From Burkholderiales bacterium (lineage in GTDB: Bacteria; Pseudomonadota; Gammaproteobacteria; Burkholderiales; Ga0077523): a stretch of 64,000 nt of DNA. Positions within the stretch are counted from its first letter, which is position 1. Each line of letters starts with the position of its first letter. The notes below the pieces were generated by a model. That model ran no database searches. It worked only from the letters and a program-made list of their open reading frames with translations, and had not been told where the DNA came from. Where the stretch lies: contig OZ257154.1 in assembly GCA_965279325.1 (NCBI GenBank), positions 3,521,340-3,585,339 on the forward strand, read 5' to 3'. The position numbers and the translations under genes are program-made. Shown here piece after piece: positions 60,262 to 64,000 of the stretch.

Positions 60262-61209
60262 ATGAGGCGCGAGGCGTCAGGGGTAAGGCGCGTACTGAAT
60301 TGCGTGTTCGCAGCAGCCTGCGCGATGCTTGCAGCCTGCGCGGGGACGCCGATCCAGGAGAACGAAGCCGGTGCGCCATCACGGCCCGCCCCAAGCACGG
60401 CGCCTTCGCGACCGCCGGATATCGCGGCACCGGGCAAGAAGCCCGGCGGCTACTACCTCGACGATGGTCCCGACGCGAATCCGCCGACGAATCTCGATGC
60501 GATTCCCGATGCCGTGCCCCGCCGCGAGCTGATCAAGGTATCGACGGCGCGCCCGTACACGGCGCTGGGACGTGCCTACACCCCGAAGAGCGAGCTCGCG
60601 CCGTACAAGGCGCGGGGTCTGGCCTCGTGGTACGGCAAGCGTTACCACGGCCAGCGCACGTCGAGCGGCGAGGTCTACGACATGTACGCCATGACCGCGG
60701 CGCATACGACGCTCGCCATTCCGAGCTACGTGCGCGTGACGTCGCTGCGCAACGGGCGATCGGTGGTCGTGCGCGTCAACGACCGCGGCCCTTTCCACTC
60801 CGATCGCATCATCGATCTGTCCTACGTCGCCGCGTGGAAGCTCGGCATCGTGAGCGACGGCAGCGGCATGGTGGAGGTCGAGTCCATCATTCCCGGGGCC
60901 GGAGAAACGCCGGTCGAAACGCCCAAAACCGTCGCCGCGCCGGTCCAGGCGACGCCTCCACCAGCGTCGCCGCCGACCGCCGGGATCTTCCTGCAGCTCG
61001 GCGCCTTCGGCAGCCGCGACAACGCCGAGGATTTCCTCTCCAAGATGCGCGTAGAGCTGGAAGATCTCGGTGTCTCGCAGGAAATCCTGGCACGCGACAA
61101 CCTGTATCGCGTGCACGCAGGCCCCTACGTCGATCGCGCCACGGCCGCGAACGACGCGACCCGCATCAACGATCGCCTCGGCGTGAAGCCGGTGATCGTG
61201 GTCCGCTGA
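60262..61209 (+). CDS. rlpA: Septal-ring lytic transglycosylase RlpA (lipoprotein, DPBB + SPOR)
   Basis: Lipobox MLAAC. GLASWYGKRYHGQRTSSGE...VRVNDRGPF. C-terminal SPOR (FLQLGAFGSRDNAEDF...YRVHAGPY). Confidence 0.88.
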   Translation: MRREASGVRRVLNCVFAAACAMLAACAGTPIQENEAGAPSRPAPSTAPSRPPDIAAPGKKPGGYYLDDGPDANPPTNLDAIPDAVPRRELIKVSTARPYTALGRAYTPKSELAPYKARGLASWYGKRYHGQRTSSGEVYDMYAMTAAHTTLAIPSYVRVTSLRNGRSVVVRVNDRGPFHSDRIIDLSYVAAWKLGIVSDGSGMVEVESIIPGAGETPVETPKTVAAPVQATPPPASPPTAGIFLQLGAFGSRDNAEDFLSKMRVELEDLGVSQEILARDNLYRVHAGPYVDRATAANDATRINDRLGVKPVIVVR

Positions 61210-61257
61210 ACCTGCCTCCCCCCTTACCCCTCACTCCTTACGCCTCACGGGAAAAGC

Positions 61258-62196
61258 ATGCACACCCTCATCTGCGGTTCCGTCGCCTACGACACTATCA
61301 TGGTGTTCCACGACCGCTTCAAGCACCACATCCTGCCCGACCAGATACACATCCTGAACGTCTCCTTCCTCGTGCCCGACCTGCGGCGCGAGTTCGGCGG
61401 CTGCGCGGGCAACATCGCCTATTCCCTCCAGATGCTGGGCGGTGCCCCGTTGATGATGGCGACCGTGGGTTCGGAGGATTTCTCGAGCTACGCGCGGCGC
61501 CTGGACGCGCTCAAGCTGCCGCGTGCCCACGTGCGCGAAGTGCCGGACAGCTACACGGCGCAGGCCTTCATCACCACCGATCTCGACGACAACCAGATCA
61601 CGGCGTTCCATCCGGGCGCGATGATGCATTCGCACCTGAACCACGTGGCGGATGCGAAGGACGTGAAGCTCGGCATCGTCGCGCCGGACGGCCGCGACGG
61701 CATGCTGCAGCACGCGCGAGAATTCCATGAGGCAGGCATCCCCTTCATCTTCGACCCAGGCCAGGGATTGCCGATGTTCGACGGTGCCGATCTATCGCGC
61801 TTCATCGACATGGCGAGTTACGTGACCGTGAACGACTACGAGGCGAAGCTGGTGGAGGAACGAACCGGCGAGACCGTCGAGGCGCTGTCGAAGCGCGTCA
61901 AGGCGTTCGTCGTCACGCGTGGTGGCGACGGCTCCACCATCTTCACCGATGGCAAGCGGCTCGACATTCCGAGCGTCGCGCCGCAGGCTGTCGTCGATCC
62001 CACCGGTTGTGGAGATGCGTATCGCGCCGGGCTGCTGCACGGCATCGTCACCGGCATGGACTGGTCGCTGACCGGGAGGCTCGCATCGCTGATCGGTTCC
62101 ATCAAGATCGCACGTCGCGGCGCGCAGAACCATCGATTCACGCGCGACGAGATCGAAACGCGCTTCCGCGAGGCTTTCAGCACACGGCCCTGGTGA
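61258..62196 (+). CDS. PfkB-family carbohydrate/nucleoside kinase
   Basis: GGCAGNIAYSL and DPTGCGDAYRAG motifs. Confidence 0.8.
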   Translation: MHTLICGSVAYDTIMVFHDRFKHHILPDQIHILNVSFLVPDLRREFGGCAGNIAYSLQMLGGAPLMMATVGSEDFSSYARRLDALKLPRAHVREVPDSYTAQAFITTDLDDNQITAFHPGAMMHSHLNHVADAKDVKLGIVAPDGRDGMLQHAREFHEAGIPFIFDPGQGLPMFDGADLSRFIDMASYVTVNDYEAKLVEERTGETVEALSKRVKAFVVTRGGDGSTIFTDGKRLDIPSVAPQAVVDPTGCGDAYRAGLLHGIVTGMDWSLTGRLASLIGSIKIARRGAQNHRFTRDEIETRFREAFSTRPW

Positions 62197-62306
62197 TGTC
62201 GGCGTTCGCGAACAGGCGGATTAACCAAAACTTCAATCGCCGGTAACCCCGCTGTCACCGAGCCTCACGAACATGTGCGCCGTCCAACCAGTGCTTGGAG
62301 GCGTAC

Positions 62307-63065
62307 ATGCTTCTTTCCGAAGTCAATGCCCGCCCGCGCGTGCGGGCGCAGCTCTCGGTGCACCTTGCCCGGGATGCCGCGGAGGTTCGTGAGGCGCAGA
62401 AACTGCGCTGGCGCGTGTTCGCCGACGAGATGGGCGCCCGGCTCGACGCGCCTGAAGTCGGCGTAGACAGCGATCTGTTCGATCCGTGGTGCGAGCACCT
62501 CATCGTGCGCGAGCACGGCAGCGGCGAAGTGATCGGCACCTATCGCATCCTCACCGGCGCCCGTGCGCGCGAACTCGGCGGCTTCTACTCCGACGACGAG
62601 TTCGATCTCACCCGCGTCGATCATCTACGCGACCGGACCGTCGAAGTGGGCCGCTCGTGCGTGCATCCGGACCACCGCAACGGCGCGACCATCGCACTGC
62701 TGTGGCAGGGCCTCGCGCAGTTCATGCAATCGCACCACTACGAATACATGCTGGGTTGCGCCTCCATCTCCATGGCCGACGGTGGACATGGTGCCGCGAG
62801 CATCTACAATAGGCTCCGGCAAGCCAGCATGAGTCCGATCGAGTACCGGGTGTTTCCGCGCTGCCCGTTGCCGCTCGAGCGCCTCGACGAATCGCTCGCC
62901 GCAGCCATCCCCCCGCTCATCAAGGGGTACGTGCGCTGCGGTGCGTGGGTCTGCGGAGATCCCGCGTGGGATCCGGACTTCAATACGGCCGATCTGCTCA
63001 TGTTGCTGCCCATGTCCCGGCTCGACAGCCGGTACGCTCGGCACTTCATGAAGCATGACCACTAG
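62307..63065 (+). CDS. olsB: GNAT-type acyl-ACP N-acyltransferase, OlsB-like (ornithine lipid synthesis)
   Basis: AQKLRWRVFADEMGA...GTYRIL... pattern with GGAGG upstream of ATG 62307. Followed by a PlsC-type acyltransferase. Confidence 0.7.
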   Translation: MLLSEVNARPRVRAQLSVHLARDAAEVREAQKLRWRVFADEMGARLDAPEVGVDSDLFDPWCEHLIVREHGSGEVIGTYRILTGARARELGGFYSDDEFDLTRVDHLRDRTVEVGRSCVHPDHRNGATIALLWQGLAQFMQSHHYEYMLGCASISMADGGHGAASIYNRLRQASMSPIEYRVFPRCPLPLERLDESLAAAIPPLIKGYVRCGAWVCGDPAWDPDFNTADLLMLLPMSRLDSRYARHFMKHDH

Positions 63066-63912
63066 CGCACTCGCCCGCACCTATCGCATCACCCGGATGT
63101 TCGTGCACCTGGCCACAGGCCTCGCGGCCTCGTCGCTGGTGTTTCCCTTCGTCGGCCGCAACGGCCGGCTCGCCATCTTCCGCCGCTGGTCGCGCTCCCT
63201 GCTGGCCATTCTCTCGGTGCAGGTCCGGGTGCACGGCACCCCGCCCATCGAACGCCACGCCGCGACCATGCTGCTGTCGAATCACGTGTCGTGGCTCGAC
63301 ATCTTCGTCATCGCCAGCACCGTGCCTTCGCGTTTCATCGCCAAATCGGAGATCCGCGGCTGGCCCGTGGTCGGCTGGCTCATCGCCCGGCAGGGGACGC
63401 TGTTCCTCGAGCGAGCGCGTCGCCACGACACCGCGCGCATGAACGGATCTGTGAACGAAGCGCTGGCGAAGGGCTATTGCGTGGCCGTGTTTCCCGAAGG
63501 CACGACGAGCGACGGCACTGAAGTGAGACCCTTCCACGGTTCGTTGCTGCAGCCGATCGTGCACGCTCACGGTGTCGCGGCGCCGGTGGCGCTGCGCTAC
63601 GTCACGGCCGAGGGCGAGATCGACGACTACCCCGCCTATACAGGCGAACGGACGCTGTGGGATTCGCTGAAGCTGATCGCCTCGCGCCGCGAGCTGTTCG
63701 CGGAAGTCCACTTCCTGCCGCAAGTGACAGCCACCGGCAAGCATCGGCGCGACCTGGCCGAGCACACCGCCAGGCTCATCGCCGAGGCGCTTTCGCTTCC
63801 GGCCCCGGGCAGGAAACGCGGAACAGCTTCCGGTCTTCCAGGCGCACCGCCGTCAGCGCCCGGCCCCACAGACAACCCGTATCCAGCGCAAGGAGCCGCG
63901 GCTCGACCTTGA
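63055..63912 (+). CDS. olsA: Lyso-ornithine lipid / 1-acylglycerol-3-phosphate O-acyltransferase family, OlsA-like
   Basis: NHVSWLDIF (HX4D) and FPEGTTSDG motifs. Overlaps the olsB stop. Confidence 0.7.
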   Translation: MTTSALARTYRITRMFVHLATGLAASSLVFPFVGRNGRLAIFRRWSRSLLAILSVQVRVHGTPPIERHAATMLLSNHVSWLDIFVIASTVPSRFIAKSEIRGWPVVGWLIARQGTLFLERARRHDTARMNGSVNEALAKGYCVAVFPEGTTSDGTEVRPFHGSLLQPIVHAHGVAAPVALRYVTAEGEIDDYPAYTGERTLWDSLKLIASRRELFAEVHFLPQVTATGKHRRDLAEHTARLIAEALSLPAPGRKRGTASGLPGAPPSAPGPTDNPYPAQGAAARP

Positions 63913-64000
63913 GGCTGAGGGCGGACCAGTGCCCGCACAGGACCGTGTGCGAGGTGCTGCGGCGGCCGGGCACGTCGAACCAGGGGATGTAGCCGCGCGG
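63776..64000 (-). CDS. apaH: Symmetrical bis(5'-nucleosyl)-tetraphosphatase ApaH, C-terminal fragment (5' end outside window)
   Basis: Reverse frame open to the window edge: [14 protein letters not shown]...[11 protein letters not shown]...[20 protein letters not shown]. Confidence 0.75.
   Translation of the reverse strand, partial: PRGYIPWFDVPGRRSTSHTVLCGHWSALSLKVEPRLLALDTGCLWGRALTAVRLEDRKLFRVSCPGPEAKAPRR

Overview
GC-rich chromosomal window, gene content and order typical of a Betaproteobacterium (inference; no rRNA or tRNA here to confirm). Bases 1-18.7 kb are an accessory-looking locus. It contains the 3' end of a ShlB/FhaC-type TpsB transporter and a 15.9-kb gene for a 5,301-aa TPS-domain exoprotein. 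That exoprotein is built from three families of long tandem repeats and carries an in-frame G9 tract. Its stop overlaps the start of a tandem-FecR-domain periplasmic protein. Converging on that operon is a small HEXXH protein gene preceded by what reads as a class-I c-di-GMP (GEMM-I) riboswitch. I consider this TPS + FecR + c-di-GMP-riboswitch/HEXXH neighbourhood the best candidate for an undescribed system. The rest is mostly housekeeping: YbjQ/YbjQ-TM/M48 cluster, dadA, a PQQ alcohol dehydrogenase with the lanthanide-type D-Y-D signature plus a c-type cytochrome, TSUP permease, EVE protein, zapB-like/zapA/6S RNA, cobalamin riboswitch + BtuB-like receptor, msbA, shikimate-DH + MFS, polA, LOG-family protein, thrB, uvrD, FkbM methyltransferase, a FecR+SPOR protein, leuS, lptE, metXW, ampG, xthA, pyrE, gatCAB, mreBCD-mrdA-rodA-rlpA, a PfkB kinase, olsBA and the 3' end of apaH. 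Intergenic regions carry two families of REP-like elements. One is a ~60-bp GC-rich module. The other is inverted arrays of GTGAGGC/CACGAAGG-type short repeats, two of which overlap predicted lipoprotein start codons. No transposase, integrase, CRISPR array, tRNA or rRNA was seen. CDS coordinates come from the supplied ORF track plus hand counting. Boundaries of hand-counted non-CDS features (RNAs, repeats, hairpins) may be off by 1-2 nt.
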